64,000 nucleotides of DNA from Ruditapes philippinarum (lineage: Eukaryota): the NCBI RefSeq assembly GCF_026571515.1, contig NW_026863975.1, positions 1-64,000 of the forward strand, read 5' to 3'. Of this stretch, positions 24,201 through 35,765 are shown in pieces (the stretch's first letter is position 1; the number at the start of each line of letters is the position of its first letter). A program made the translations under genes and the position numbers. The notes under the pieces were generated by a model. That model was not told the DNA's origin. It did not search any database and saw only the letters and a list, made by a program, of their open reading frames with translations.

Positions 24201-26994
24201 ACGGCGTAACCCTGAAATTATAGACACAATTTTATAAGTTGAAACAATTTCTAAACTGTAGTAACTGAAGCACGTTCATAAAAACAAAAGCACAAGAAAA
24301 TAAGATCATTCGTCAAAAAGATATTCTAAATTTACATTTAGTAAGAACATTTAGCTCTTAATCGGTATTGCTTTATTTATCTAGTGTTTCTAAGCTTGTT
24401 GTAAACAGCAATGTTTAAGACAGAACGTCGGGTTGTACTTTATAATACAAGATATAAACAATAATGGTTTTTTTTTCTAATTTGCAAGTACATTATATAT
24501 AATATGGTTATAATCTTTCAGAACAAAAGAAATATGCGTCTTCAGAAACAAATTCAAACATTTATTAACAACAGTTAACAGCACTTACTTTTACAAAGGC
24601 GTTTGTATTTCAAACAGGAAAGTATATCAAAACCATAGGCTTGCTGAGGAAAATCGTTTGCTGTAAATGCGAAACAAGAAGAATTGATGAATAGATTCGT
24701 TTTTCTTTATTTTATCATAAATTACTTATAATAGCAAAACAAATTTGGTTTGTAATCTAGCTTAGAAAACTTTCTCAATGACAACTGATCTGGAACATTA
24801 AGTTTAATGAATATTGTCTCACACCGTTGATTTATAAATCATATGGGATTAATTAAAAATAGTTCACTTGCACAAAATACATGAAATACTTGTGATTTTT
24901 ACAGGAAAGCTGGGCAGGTGGACCGGATGCCGAGATATGACTTAAATCGGTTTAACAACAAACAAATTTATTGGTAAGCATAATACACATTAGTCGTTTT
25001 AAGGACGTTATTAACTCATATACATAGGCATGTATAAACACGGTCAAACCAACATTGCAATGTATATCTCGACAGTTTGACAAAAATCAACATAGCTTAC
25101 CAATTCCCTTTTGGAGAATTTCATCGACTACTTCACTTTTAATTTCTTCCTTCATTTTTATTAGAGCCTGTAACTTTATTGTGACTATGTAATCTAGTTG
25201 TGCAAGTGGTAGAGTTTCTTTGTTGGCTACCTCCGATTTAATGTCGTTTATCAATTTACGCGGTATCTGCATCGCATCTTCTTTATTCTGCATTTCTTTT
25301 TCATTTCCAGTGGAAGAATCTATTTCTTCACTGGCGGTCTCTAACGCTTTATTTAGATCTACCACATGAACAGTTATTTCATTCTTCTTCAGCTGAAAAA
25401 TGAAAACAAAATCATTATATTGGCTCGAATTTTATGTAACACTTCAAAATACACGTATAGCTTCGTAAATTAAGCTTTAAATATGTTGACCTTTGTATAT
25501 GTAAAGTTTTTAACGTAAGATTTTAGAGATCCTGTATGTTGAAATTAAGGACTTAAGTGAAATTCTATATATGTATATTATTATGCTTCTTCAACAATTT
25601 TCAAACACCGAAGAATATGTAAAGTATGTACTGCAAATATTTGTCCATAATCATTAAAATATATAAATTTCTTATTGAAAAGATATCTTAGACTTTATAG
25701 AAAATAAATTTCAAATTACCTACCTTTATTAACATGTAATGTAAACTCGGTAATATCTTTACAAATAATGCTTTTTGGAACTTACAATATTGATAAATCT
25801 TCATTTGAGCAATAAATTTATGATAAAAAACATAACAATGAGTTACAGGATCTTTATAAAATCTACTAGACTTCTTTGATAACTGTAAAATATAACATAA
25901 GTTTGCAGTAGCTATTTATTGCCTTCATTGTCCAATGAAAATCGACCTTACAAACGTGCAGAATTATAATTTCAAATACACGCCATTTATGTTCAATGTT
26001 TATACAATGTTTAATTGAACGTCATGCAATTCACCAACCAAGTTAAGCTGTTTCACTGCTTCTTGTGCTGTTTTGTTATGAGCCAAACATTCAGCATCGG
26101 AAAGAAGACTTATCAAACTGTCAATATAAGTTTCTAGGTTTGTTCGTGAAACAATCAAATCTCCAGAATGTCTAATATCATTGCCCATATCACGCACCTA
26201 AAATAAAACAAATTATTATAGTAATGTTAATAAAAAATTCAACACATTGACACTTTGTAATTTCATTTATTGAAAGTTATGTTAAATGTTATGCTTTTGT
26301 CAAAAGCCGATTGTTATATTGAATGAGTTTTGGGTGCAATATACCTGTATTCACCAGATAATTCACTAATTGTTAAAGCCAATGCTTTCATATGAACGGT
26401 TAAGAAACTCTTTAAAAAGAAATACAATGTAAAGATTACCTTTGTGACCTTATTTACTTTCTCACTGAGCAGATTTGGCATTGTGCGTCCAAAACTTTTC
26501 TTACATATAAGTATGGAAAGAAACCCATTAAAATCCACATCTTTAAGGCTCTTGGCATTTTTGTAACGGTTTGTAGGAGGCACAAAACATTTCGCTATTT
26601 CGACTAAGTCGGTGCACCATCTTGTTGCGTCTGTACTTTTCCAATTAGGTGTCTGCCTGTGCTGTTTTCGTAATTCGTCTCGGATATGATGGCATATGTC
26701 CTTTGCACATTTTCTTCCAGGTACCTCTCCTTGAATCGTTGAACTATGGTAAACACATCTATTTTGACGTCCCTTGACACAAAAGTTGTTCGTTGGACAG
26801 CTCAAAATAAGTTCAGTCGTACATGAGTTGCAAATGGAGCTTTTATTTATCTTGTGTTTTGTGAGGACTGTTTGGATGAACTTATTTAAATCGTCTTCCA
26901 AAGTGGATTCTATTCCCTGTTTTGTCAAATTCATTGCCATATGACTTTTCAGCCAGTTCAAAAAACCGTCTTCTTTTAACAACGAATCCATCAT
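21103..26994 (-). CDS. NLR-like NACHT protein, 1269 aa: DUF4559/CXorf38-like N-terminus, helical linker, NACHT, LRR-like region, C-terminal TM; join(26994-26458, 26197-26039, 25392-25101, 24660-24589, 24211-21575, 21215-21103)
   Basis: All introns are GT-AG with compatible phases (0,0,1,1,1). The total is 3810 nt with no internal stop seen. The exon boundaries that fall inside the duplicated region are conserved in the inverted paralog at 60-64 kb. NACHT motifs are in exon 5. Confidence 0.82.
21575..24211 (-). CDS. NLR exon 5: NACHT (NBD-HD1-WHD-HD2) plus LRR-like region
   Basis: Lies within the 892-aa ORF. Pre-NACHT PLEEVYVQP, Walker A AKAGIGKTS, Walker B VLIILDGLDEW, sensor-1 ILTTTRP, WHD FSFQHKTIQEYFAA, and LxxLxL repeats (LKCLDL, LTSLRL, LQTLRL, LDTLRL). 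Confidence 0.93.
24589..24660 (-). CDS. NLR exon 4 (72 nt, phase 1-1)
   Basis: catttacag| ... |gtaagt, open frame ANDFPQQAYGFDILSCLKYKRLCK, conserved at 62189-62260. Confidence 0.65.
25101..25392 (-). CDS. NLR exon 3 (helical/coiled-coil-like linker)
   Basis: ttttcag|CTGAAG ... ATTG|gtaagc, paralog at 61418-61736. Confidence 0.82.
25527..25853. mobile_element. MITE-like insertion in NLR intron 2, absent from the paralogous intron
   Basis: Inverted termini agatcctgta (25527-25536) and tacaggatct (25844-25853). The paralogous intron 61112-61417 is ~340 bp shorter. A related inverted copy is at ~41511-41830. Confidence 0.65.
26039..26197 (-). CDS. NLR exon 2 (C-terminal part of the DUF4559-like domain, VRDMGNDIRHSGDL...)
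   Basis: ttttag|GTG ... TTG|gttggt, 159 nt, phase 0-0, paralog at 60953-61111. Confidence 0.85.
26458..26994 (-). CDS. NLR first coding exon: Cys/His-rich DUF4559/CXorf38-like domain
   Basis: NWLKSHMAMNLTKQG...CNSC...C...C...C..H...C..C...HRQTPNWKSTDATRWCTDLVEIAKCF...DVDFNGFLSILIC, ending at the donor AAA|gtaaat. Confidence 0.85.
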
Positions 26995-27646
26995 TTATGG
27001 AAGTAATATTCTTGTTTCAAGACTCACTTATCTTATAAGACCTAAATATTGTATGAAAAAGGTATGTTTATTAAATAATTGACAATTATTGATTTATAAA
27101 AATAACTTGAAAGTATCTAGTAGATAACAAAATGGTAGATCCCTCATTATCAAGTAAAATCAAAGTAAAATACAATAAAGAAAAATCAACCAAGCTTAAG
27201 CATCTTAAACAAATGTAGTCTTCATTACCCTGTGAGGTTTAATGTGAAATGAAATGATGGTTATTAAAATATATTACCCTGCTAGAAAAATCTTTCGTCT
27301 GTGACTGTGTCGTCATCACGTTTTTATAATTGTTTTATTTCTGAAAATTGAATCAAACATTTCAATGTGGAATTCAGTATAACGTTTAATGAAAAAGTAC
27401 AAAAATGTATATATAAAGAAATCGTGCAAAACAACCACATATATCGAATTACCTTTGTTATTTTTGTATGTTACAAATCTGTCCGCTCCATCATAGAACA
27501 ATATGTGATGCATGAGTTTCTGGTTAGTAGCTCAAATGTTTTCGACAGAACTAGATGTGAAATTCAAAACTGTGTTTAATATGTCGTTGTTTTTTATTGT
27601 TTTTATTGTAATTTTTTTGAATGATTCTGACGGCAAAAATGTTTAC

Positions 27647-27767
27647 CTGAAATGATGTGTGGCGGAGATGAACGATACTAAACGAAGCTAAAACGTTCAA
27701 TTCAAAGCTGCAGGTTGACGATATGAGTATAGCTGTAAAGCAACATTTTCTCTCACGACGTGAGGCA
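27647..27767 (-). promoter_or_regulatory. Probable non-coding first exon/proximal promoter of the NLR gene
   Basis: Donor ag|gtaaac at 27647/27646 is conserved in the paralog (59515). There is an acceptor at 27041, upstream of the ATG. Homology between the paralogs stops at 27767/59393. Confidence 0.4.
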
Positions 27768-29814
27768 TTTTAATTGTACTTCTATTGTCCATATCTATAG
27801 TTATGAAAATAACATCAAGTTCATGTATTTAATGCAATTGAAATTGCAAGTCTTACGTGTACACTGTTTTAAATAAATTAAACGTTATTTACTATAAGAA
27901 TAACAAAACATAGCCAGTTGTCTCTATTGTAACCAAGATGGTCATTATTTCCTTTTCAAACACGTTTTTTTTGTGCCTTTGTTAGTTTTCATTTGTGTCA
28001 TCATATTAACTTAATATGAGAAATAATCAAGGAAAATATTCTTTCAAATGATCTGTATAACGATAATAAAAACACAACAGCTTAAATGCTTTAATGTACC
28101 AATAAGTTATCGTATTCACAGCTTAAATGTAGTATCGCGATATCATTTAGGTCCGTTAAACATATTTTTTAAATGCCTATTATGTCAATGTTAAAGAAAA
28201 TAAAAACAATGTATTGTCTTAATTGTTTATAACGGACATAATAGCATGTTACCAGTTAAAAAGAATCACAAACTCGTTTGAAAATAAAAGGATTTGGACA
28301 TGACGTGTCTGATATGGTTATACATTGTTCTCGTTGTATATTAATCTATGTAAATTGATATGAATAAATGATACTACGTATAATTAAGAATATATGTCAT
28401 TGATTGCAGAAATATGCAATTTATTTCTATGATGAATAAGGTAAGAAGTGGAAATAATTTTCTAAAGTGACTGAATTATATTTTGCAAATACATATGTAT
28501 TCTTTTTTACGGTCAAAAACACTTAATTTGAATATGGTTTATAAATATAGGCAGTGGTTCGCTAAAAAATCTGATTCATAGGGTCCAAATTACTCTACAT
28601 AATTTGAAATAAGTATAAGAATAATGAATGAATGTTACGAATTTTAAAACAATATACCGATGAATTCCATATGATCGACTTCCTTTTTGCAACAAACGAA
28701 CAAACGCCAAGTTGCAGACAGGAAATAATTTTGCATATAAATGTAAAAAAATAAATGATTGATTAACTGACTTTGATACTGCTGGAAATATGTTTGTAAT
28801 AAATTGGACATTTTCTTAATATATGGGTTTTGACGAGGTATATTATCATTATAACGATGATTGTTCAAAGCATAACTCAATCTGAAAAATAATAGACACT
28901 AACAAAACAAATGTTTATATCATGATTATTTGATTAACTTCTACCAACCTTGGAATACGCATTGGCGTCTTGATACACGTACCCCAAAATGTCTAACAAT
29001 TTATTTCAAATAAGTCAAAAGGGTAAATAAATAGAAGGTTTTACAGTTTCGGTTTAAAAAATAACCAATAGAGCTAAACAAATCCAGTGCGGTTTACGCT
29101 TTAATATATAAAATGTAAACATTTTATTTTCTTGACCCTACTTTTCATAAACACTGTTCAAAACAATGCTAATGTAAACTCGCTAAAGTATTATTATTTA
29201 AAACAAACTTTTTTACCTTTTATCATTCATATCATGTTTCGTTAAGCTGTGTATTTTAAATTTGTCTTGTTGCATAAAAGCTATTTAACAGTTATTTAAT
29301 GTACGGGTTTTGGGTTTCGTTGTCAAGTAATATGAGATCTATTATGAGATCATGCATTGTTCGCCACCATTGTAAAATGTCCTTGAACAAATCATTTATA
29401 GATTTCAGGATAAAAAATAACCATCTTTCAATGTTAAATAAACAACTTTAATCAAAATTAAATTTTTTATGAGTTTTCAAGTGATACGACAGAAGTAAAA
29501 GAGAAAAGTGTAATTTACTGCAGTTTTATGACTTTGAAAAGCATTTGTTTGGTAGGGAGGTATTTCAATATTTACATAATTTTAAGATATTGAATTAGAC
29601 AATATACTTTAAATCTCTACAATGATCTATACAATTTCATTAATTGAAAACTATTTTTAAAAGAAATCAAAGAAACATTTCAAATTGCATATAGCTGCTA
29701 AATCTGGATGATGTAATAGATAAAATACATGTATGTGTCTGCGTAAAAATCATTGCTAAATTAAAAGAAATAGGTTGAACGGATGTGCGACATCAACACA
29801 ATAGCAGTGCTTTT

Positions 29815-30753
29815 AAGTTACAGTCTCACTTACAACCCGGCAGAGCCCCGGTAGACGTCCGGGGTGATCCGGGAACGACTGGAGTACATCCGTAACTCTG
29901 TCGGCAACGTCCGGGATGACCCGGGATGATCCGGGAACATCCGGGATTCGACCCCGGATGGAATAAAATATTTAATATAACCGGGGTGGTCCGGGATGAT
30001 CCGGGAAGGTATTATAGCTTTGCCGGCTTCATCCTTAGCTCTGCCGGGAACGACCGGGGTTATACCGGGGAAGCACCGTAGCTTTGCCGGCACAAACCGG
30101 GGATGATCCGGGGTATGATATAGCCGGTAGAGCTACGATAGAGCTACGGTAGAGCCCCGGTTTATGCAGGCAGAGCCCCGGTAACTACAGGCAGAGCCCC
30201 GGAGGATAAAGGTAGAGCTACGGCTGATCCCGGTAGAGCCCCGGCAAAGCCCGGATCATTTCAAAAAAATAACGACAATTTGCGATGATTGCACTTGTTT
30301 GTATTTAAACTATTCCCATTTCCCTTCTATCCAGTCTTGCATAAGGATTTTTCAGAAAATCATCATGAATTACTATTCTGGAACAATAAATATTATATTT
30401 AATAAAAAATATGTATCAATTTTATCATTTTCACTCGTTTTCAATCCACCGAGGTTCTACCGGGGCTCTGCCTGGATCGTCCTGGGCTCTGCCTGGATCG
30501 ACCGTGGCTCTGCCTGTGTCAACCGGGGCTCTTCCGGAGTCATCCGCGAACGACCGGGGAAGCACCGGCATGAACCGTAGCTTCACCTGGGCTCTGTCTT
30601 GATAATCCGGAGCGCATCCTGGGTGGTTATTTGGGAATTACCGTAGTGCTGCCGGGGTTAGTGTGACGGCAACAATAATTTCATCCCGGATCATCCCGAT
30701 AACTTACCGGGATAGTCCTGGGCTCTGCCGGGAGTAAGTAAGACCGCAGCTTT
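29815..30753. mobile_element. GC-rich MITE with imperfect TIRs and internal AGAGCCCCGG/GATCCGGG sub-repeats; TTAA at both ends (Harbinger- or Kolobok-like, unresolved)
   Basis: The left end aagttacagtctcacttacaacccggcagagccc matches the reverse complement of the right end, aaagctgcggtcttacttactcccggcagagccc. Internal motifs are mirrored around an AT-rich core (30260-30445). Confidence 0.8.
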
Positions 30754-31606
30754 AACGAAATTATTATAGAGATATTAAATTGCAGTTGACAATAGAAACA
30801 TGGCTTGATAGTCATGAAATATTGCAATTCGATTTGTTTAAACATATTTTATTCCTGTCAAATTTTTACAAGATGTTCAATGCAAATATATATATAAAAA
30901 ATAAAAAGAAATACACTTTGAAAGAAAAAAGGTTGGACCACAAGTTCATGTAACATTAGTAATTCGGTCCGTCCCTAATTGCAATTAGACTGTTTGAAGA
31001 TGTTTGACAATGCCTGATAATAGAAATTTTCCAAATGAAATGGAACCTGTTCCCAGACCGTCACGTAAATAAATTCCAATATATTTTACTGCCACAATTG
31101 TTAAAGGTCAAGTGCAGAAAAGGTTTGGATCTGATATTGAATGTGTGATGGATATTTTGACAATGACTGCGTTTAACAGGTAGGCGAACCAAAATCTGGC
31201 AAATATTTGTAATCAGGGGTAATACGAAACTATATTATTAGCATTGCATATTTCTGTACTGCAAATAATGTCAAAAGGATTCGAGTCGTTTACATAAGAA
31301 TAAATCAATGAAATCATGTAATATTAGCCGAAAATAGGCCATTCTTACATGACGCGTTTAAATCATAGAAGCGTATCCCTACATAAATTTTGCATTTTGG
31401 TGTCAACCATTCATAAAAATTTCATTCTAAAAATTATTAATAAAGGTATATAAATGGTAAAGTTAAGATGATAATCCTTCAACTACAGAAACAAAACAGA
31501 ACTTTATCATGGAAACACTTGTATTCATGACATATAAATAGAACATTTGATTAACTATTGTTATCAAACAACAACAAAAGCAGCAGTAGAAATGAAGATA
31601 GAAATG

Positions 31607-31756
31607 GTATGTACGTACGTATGTATGCATGTACGTACGTACGTACGTACATACACACATACACATCTGTTAAACATATTTATTTGTACGTACGTATGTA
31701 TGTATGTATGTTCGTACGTACGTACGTATTTATGTACGTATGTACATATGTGCGTG
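31607..31756. repeat. (GTAC)n/(GTAT)n microsatellite at the edge of a ~360-bp segment absent from duplicate copy B
   Basis: Visible repeats. Copy B jumps from ggtatgtacg (42591-42600) to the homolog of ~31975. Confidence 0.85.
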
Positions 31757-33633
31757 CTTGTGTCGACTTCAATTCAATCGGTAAAACAATTTAATTACAT
31801 TACAAATACTGTGCATAATAGGGATCAAATGCATCGTAATTTAGCTACACAATAGACCGTATTAATCAAAAAATACATATTAAGCAATAAAAATGTCTGG
31901 CCAACCGACAAATTTCTAAATGAAAGGTACAATACAATGTAACCCAGTCCTGTGTATAAACACCGGTTAGGCTAAAAAGAGCTTGAAATATGTGTAAATG
32001 AGATATATTCTAGAGACTTGCGTTAGTCATGCTTGTTTTTAATTTTATTTTTAATATTAAAGAATTAGAGCAATTATGTTAACAATATGTTACTCGCAAT
32101 GCAAATGATTTGTCAGAAAACAACGATGTAAACACTTCACTTTTGTTGTACACAGATATTAAATACAAATGTACATAACTTAAACGTAAAAAAAAAGAAA
32201 TAAGAAACATGTATAAATATTTTGATATTTTATAAAAAAAATCTAAGAATAGAAAATTTGTATATTTCAGTTTTTTTCTGATTTAGTTAAAACATTCCGA
32301 TATTTTGACAAGACGAATTACTTGTCAGTACTTTAACTATTGCGTTCTGTTTTTACCTGATGGATTGTGTTTTATGCAATGCAAACAAAGCAGGTAAAGT
32401 GTAAATATCAATTTCCCTACATGTTTACCAGTCATATTATTTGGAAAAAATATCAAGATTATAAAAGGATATTAATACGAGAAACGATTTAAATAAGTTC
32501 TTTACCTGAAATTGACACCTTTTATTTGTGCATTTGCTTGAAACTAGACCTCGATCCATACGCACATCCCGTGTCCTTTATGAACTTAAAGAAAAAATAT
32601 AAATGTATTTTCTTTGACGTTGCCGCCATTGTTATAAATTAATTTTTCATTAATTAAGTGACTCAATTTGAATTAACATCCAAATTAATTAGTTTTGAAT
32701 AGAAGAATTAATTAAGAAAAGATACATTGTCCGATAATGAATTTAAAGATTATGTAATCCACGGTAACAATTGTCTGCCATTTGTTATGACTACCAAAAC
32801 GCAACTGATCAATGCAGAAAAAACTAGGAGGTATGCAACTGAAAGTACAGGAATAGAAATAAGGGAGATTATATGGGAGGATCGATAGGGTATTTCCAAT
32901 GCACAGTATGATTAATTTTGCAATATCGCATATAAATTCAACCAAGAAGTATTCTATAAACACGCAGTAAACCTTGGTTTAACCATTGATGGTTTACTTC
33001 TTCGAGTTAGGTTTGTGCAGAAATAATATGAACACTTAGCAATGTTACATAACACAAATACTTGGTGAAATCATATGTTTTCAGATTATTATGATGGTAT
33101 ACCAGCACTTTTTAATTGACGTAAAATTTAAGTTTTATTGTATGTTACCAGTAAAATAGTGCTTTAAATTACTAAAAGCGTATTTCAATAAGAACAATAT
33201 TGTTTAAAATACAATAGAGAAAAAAGAATCTTTAAAGAATGACCAAAACAGCTGTTATGCTTCGCAATAGACCTCTGACCTAATGAGGCGACATATTTGA
33301 ACTACTTTTAGTACATGATTCTACCATTTTGTTGGATTATGTTATCATATAAGGTGTAAAATTTAAAAAAAATAGTCATTATTTATTTTTTTCATCATTG
33401 TTACTCGGGTTGATTAAAAAAAGAATAATTGAAGAAGGTATCACAAAGATAAATACTCTAAATACTAATAGATACGTGATTTGTTACTTTCTCGCGAACG
33501 GACACTGCCTCTTTAACCGGGCGAGTTGCGTTTTTCGAGGCCTATTAACATCCGAGATATTTACGGAAATAGTCGATGTTTTACGATTGGCGCAAACGGT
33601 ATTTTAGATTTTACTTCAGACAAAGATATGTAA

Positions 33634-35157
33634 AAAAAAAAGCATTGATGCAAAGCATCAAAGGGCGTCCAAGCAAGAAATGCAGCAAGTGCAGATGAAC
33701 TAGTAGATATATGATGACAAGATATTCTTATAAACTTTTCAATGGTTCATTGGTTTTTACCAGAATTGTATATCACTTATGAATGAACGGACGAAAGACA
33801 TTGTTCATTACTTATAACTTTGATTGGCATGCTAGAAATTAGAATATTACTTGTTATTTCTTTATGATCGTGGTTATTAATAGCAACGGACATACATGTA
33901 TACAATCATTTATAATCCATATGTGTAACGCATGATCAGCACCACACTTGTGTAATTGTCCCTTATTAATTTATCGCTATGAGCGAAGACCATGTTGATC
34001 ATGTTGAGCATAATTGTTTATTATACAATAATTGTAATATTTATTTTAATAAAAAATACAGATTTTATGAATATTGTTTTCTTTTTTTTGTTTTATGCGC
34101 TATTTTAATACTGAGTTTTTACGTTTACTACTGTTTTAAGAATTCAATTGTCATATTGACCGACGATTATAATTAAGTCAAAACTTAACTGGAAAAAGTC
34201 AGTAAACTATGGTTAATCTTTCAATATATAATATTGTTTATTCTTAAACCATAAACATGTACATTTGTATTTTTCTTTATCATTTTTTAAATTATCAATC
34301 AATTGAATTATTCATAAAATCTGATTTGTAACTTTTTTGTACTTGATTTGTAATAATTCCTCGGCATCTTTACTAAACACGAATAACAAATGAAATAAAA
34401 TGTTTCAAAGTTGATAGTGTCATATTAATGCCATAAAAATGTACATTTTTCTCAATTATTGTACATATTTATTGTTTGATCTCATATAGATAAAATAAAA
34501 CATGCGATTTGTGTTGTTTTCGTTTTTTTTTTTTTTTTTTTTTTTTTTCGAATTGTATGTTTATGTATAATAATAATCAATAAATTTGAGAGTTGATCTG
34601 TGTTTATTAATTATTGTAACCAAACTAACATTCATTTTGGAAAAAAAGCTTATTTATCTGTAAAATATTTGTTTTGTTCTGTAACGATATCAAACATCTA
34701 CTCCAAAACCGGGAGAGACCGGACAATAAACGTGTGGTACTATTCGCCCCGGTCAAAATAGACCAGGAGAGACCGGGAATTACCGATAGGAGTACATCCG
34801 TCTATAAATAGATTTTCGGAATTTTTGTGTCATCAACTCATCATTCTATTTACAGCTTTCGGAATAACATACCATAATAACCCACTGTGTGCTAAAAAAT
34901 GATAAATAAAAATACCCCGAAGAGCGCGATTTATTGACGGAAAAGGTGATTTCAGTTGAAAATGTTTGCATTGCGAAATTCTCCAGTTCGCTATTCATTG
35001 TACATATCGCGACTAATTAATAATCAAGCACCCTCATACCGATCGGAATGATCGGCTTTTATTATGAACAACTATAAAAGGCTCGAGAAGTTGCTGTCGC
35101 CCTTTCACAAAATCTGATTTCATTACATAAAAGGCGCCGCGCTTCGGCGCGGACGCC
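33634..35157 (-). mobile_element. ~1.5-kb Helentron-type non-autonomous element (HINE) with an in-window empty site
   Basis: Copy B reads gatatgt-aa-caatcg with no insert. The insert ends carry inverted GGCGTCC/GGACGCC motifs, a GC hairpin (35133-35157), and a TTGATGC-AAA-GCATCAA hairpin next to an A-run. The target is TT, with no TSD. Confidence 0.7.
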
Positions 35158-35547
35158 AACAATCGAAACTAAAATGATCTTCATATCTTAAAGTGATTTA
35201 GTAGAAATCGCAATTTTCCAATTGATATTGATTAAACAGATATACTAGATTAAAGGGTATAAACTTATAAAATTAAATATTTTCAGTATATTAATAACAA
35301 GTAGAATTTTGTTGTTTCTATAATCTAGTGGTCGATCAATGAGTTTGTGCATACGTCAGCTGCACTTAAGAAGGCAGTATGCAAACGTATTCTTTTGCAG
35401 AAATTACACTACATATTGTAAATTTATAGCTTTGTACACTATATGTATTTAAAACTAAACTTTGAACCGTGATATGGCAGAAAATGATATCAAAATATGT
35501 TTATAATGATTGTCTGTGTAAATTTAGAAAATATGACAAAATACATG

Positions 35548-35765
35548 TAGTGGCCGAGTGGCTTAAGAGTCGGACTAGTAGTCTAATGATCGATAGATTA
35601 TGGGTTCAAACCCTGTCAGGGGCAAGTCGTTGTTTCCTTGAGCAAAAACCTTTTTTTACACTCATTGCTCAGTACTGGTTGGTTCCAGGAACGGATTCAA
35701 AAGTTTGCCTATAAGCTTATAGCTTCCTACACAATCAAACTAAAATAAATTCTAAATAAACTAAA
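35548..35765 (+). mobile_element. tRNA-derived CORE-type SINE
   Basis: A box tggccgagtgg, B box ggttcaaacc, core tccttgagcaa...cattgctcagtactggttgg, (A)TAAA-like tail, and tacatgt on both flanks. Confidence 0.78.

Noticed and set aside
21549-24227. 892-aa ORF as a complete single-exon gene
   Set aside because: Its 'start' is a GTG in intronic sequence upstream of a clear acceptor (24212/24211). Upstream exons join in frame, and the end is probably spliced at 21575.
26314-26457. C-terminal hydrophobic extension of the 226-aa/243-aa ORFs (VIFTLYFFLKSF...)
   Set aside because: Read-through into intron 1 past the AAA|GTAAAT donor. The domain continues in exon 2.
31463-31855. YVRT/CMYV-repeat ORFs
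   Set aside because: Translations of the (GTAC/GTAT)n microsatellite.
35133-35157. Rho-independent terminator-like GC hairpin
   Set aside because: This is eukaryotic DNA, and the hairpin marks the end of the Helentron-type insertion.
35548-35625. tRNA gene (also 44682-44755)
   Set aside because: A/B boxes are present but there is no cloverleaf acceptor stem, and the sequence continues into a SINE core and tail.
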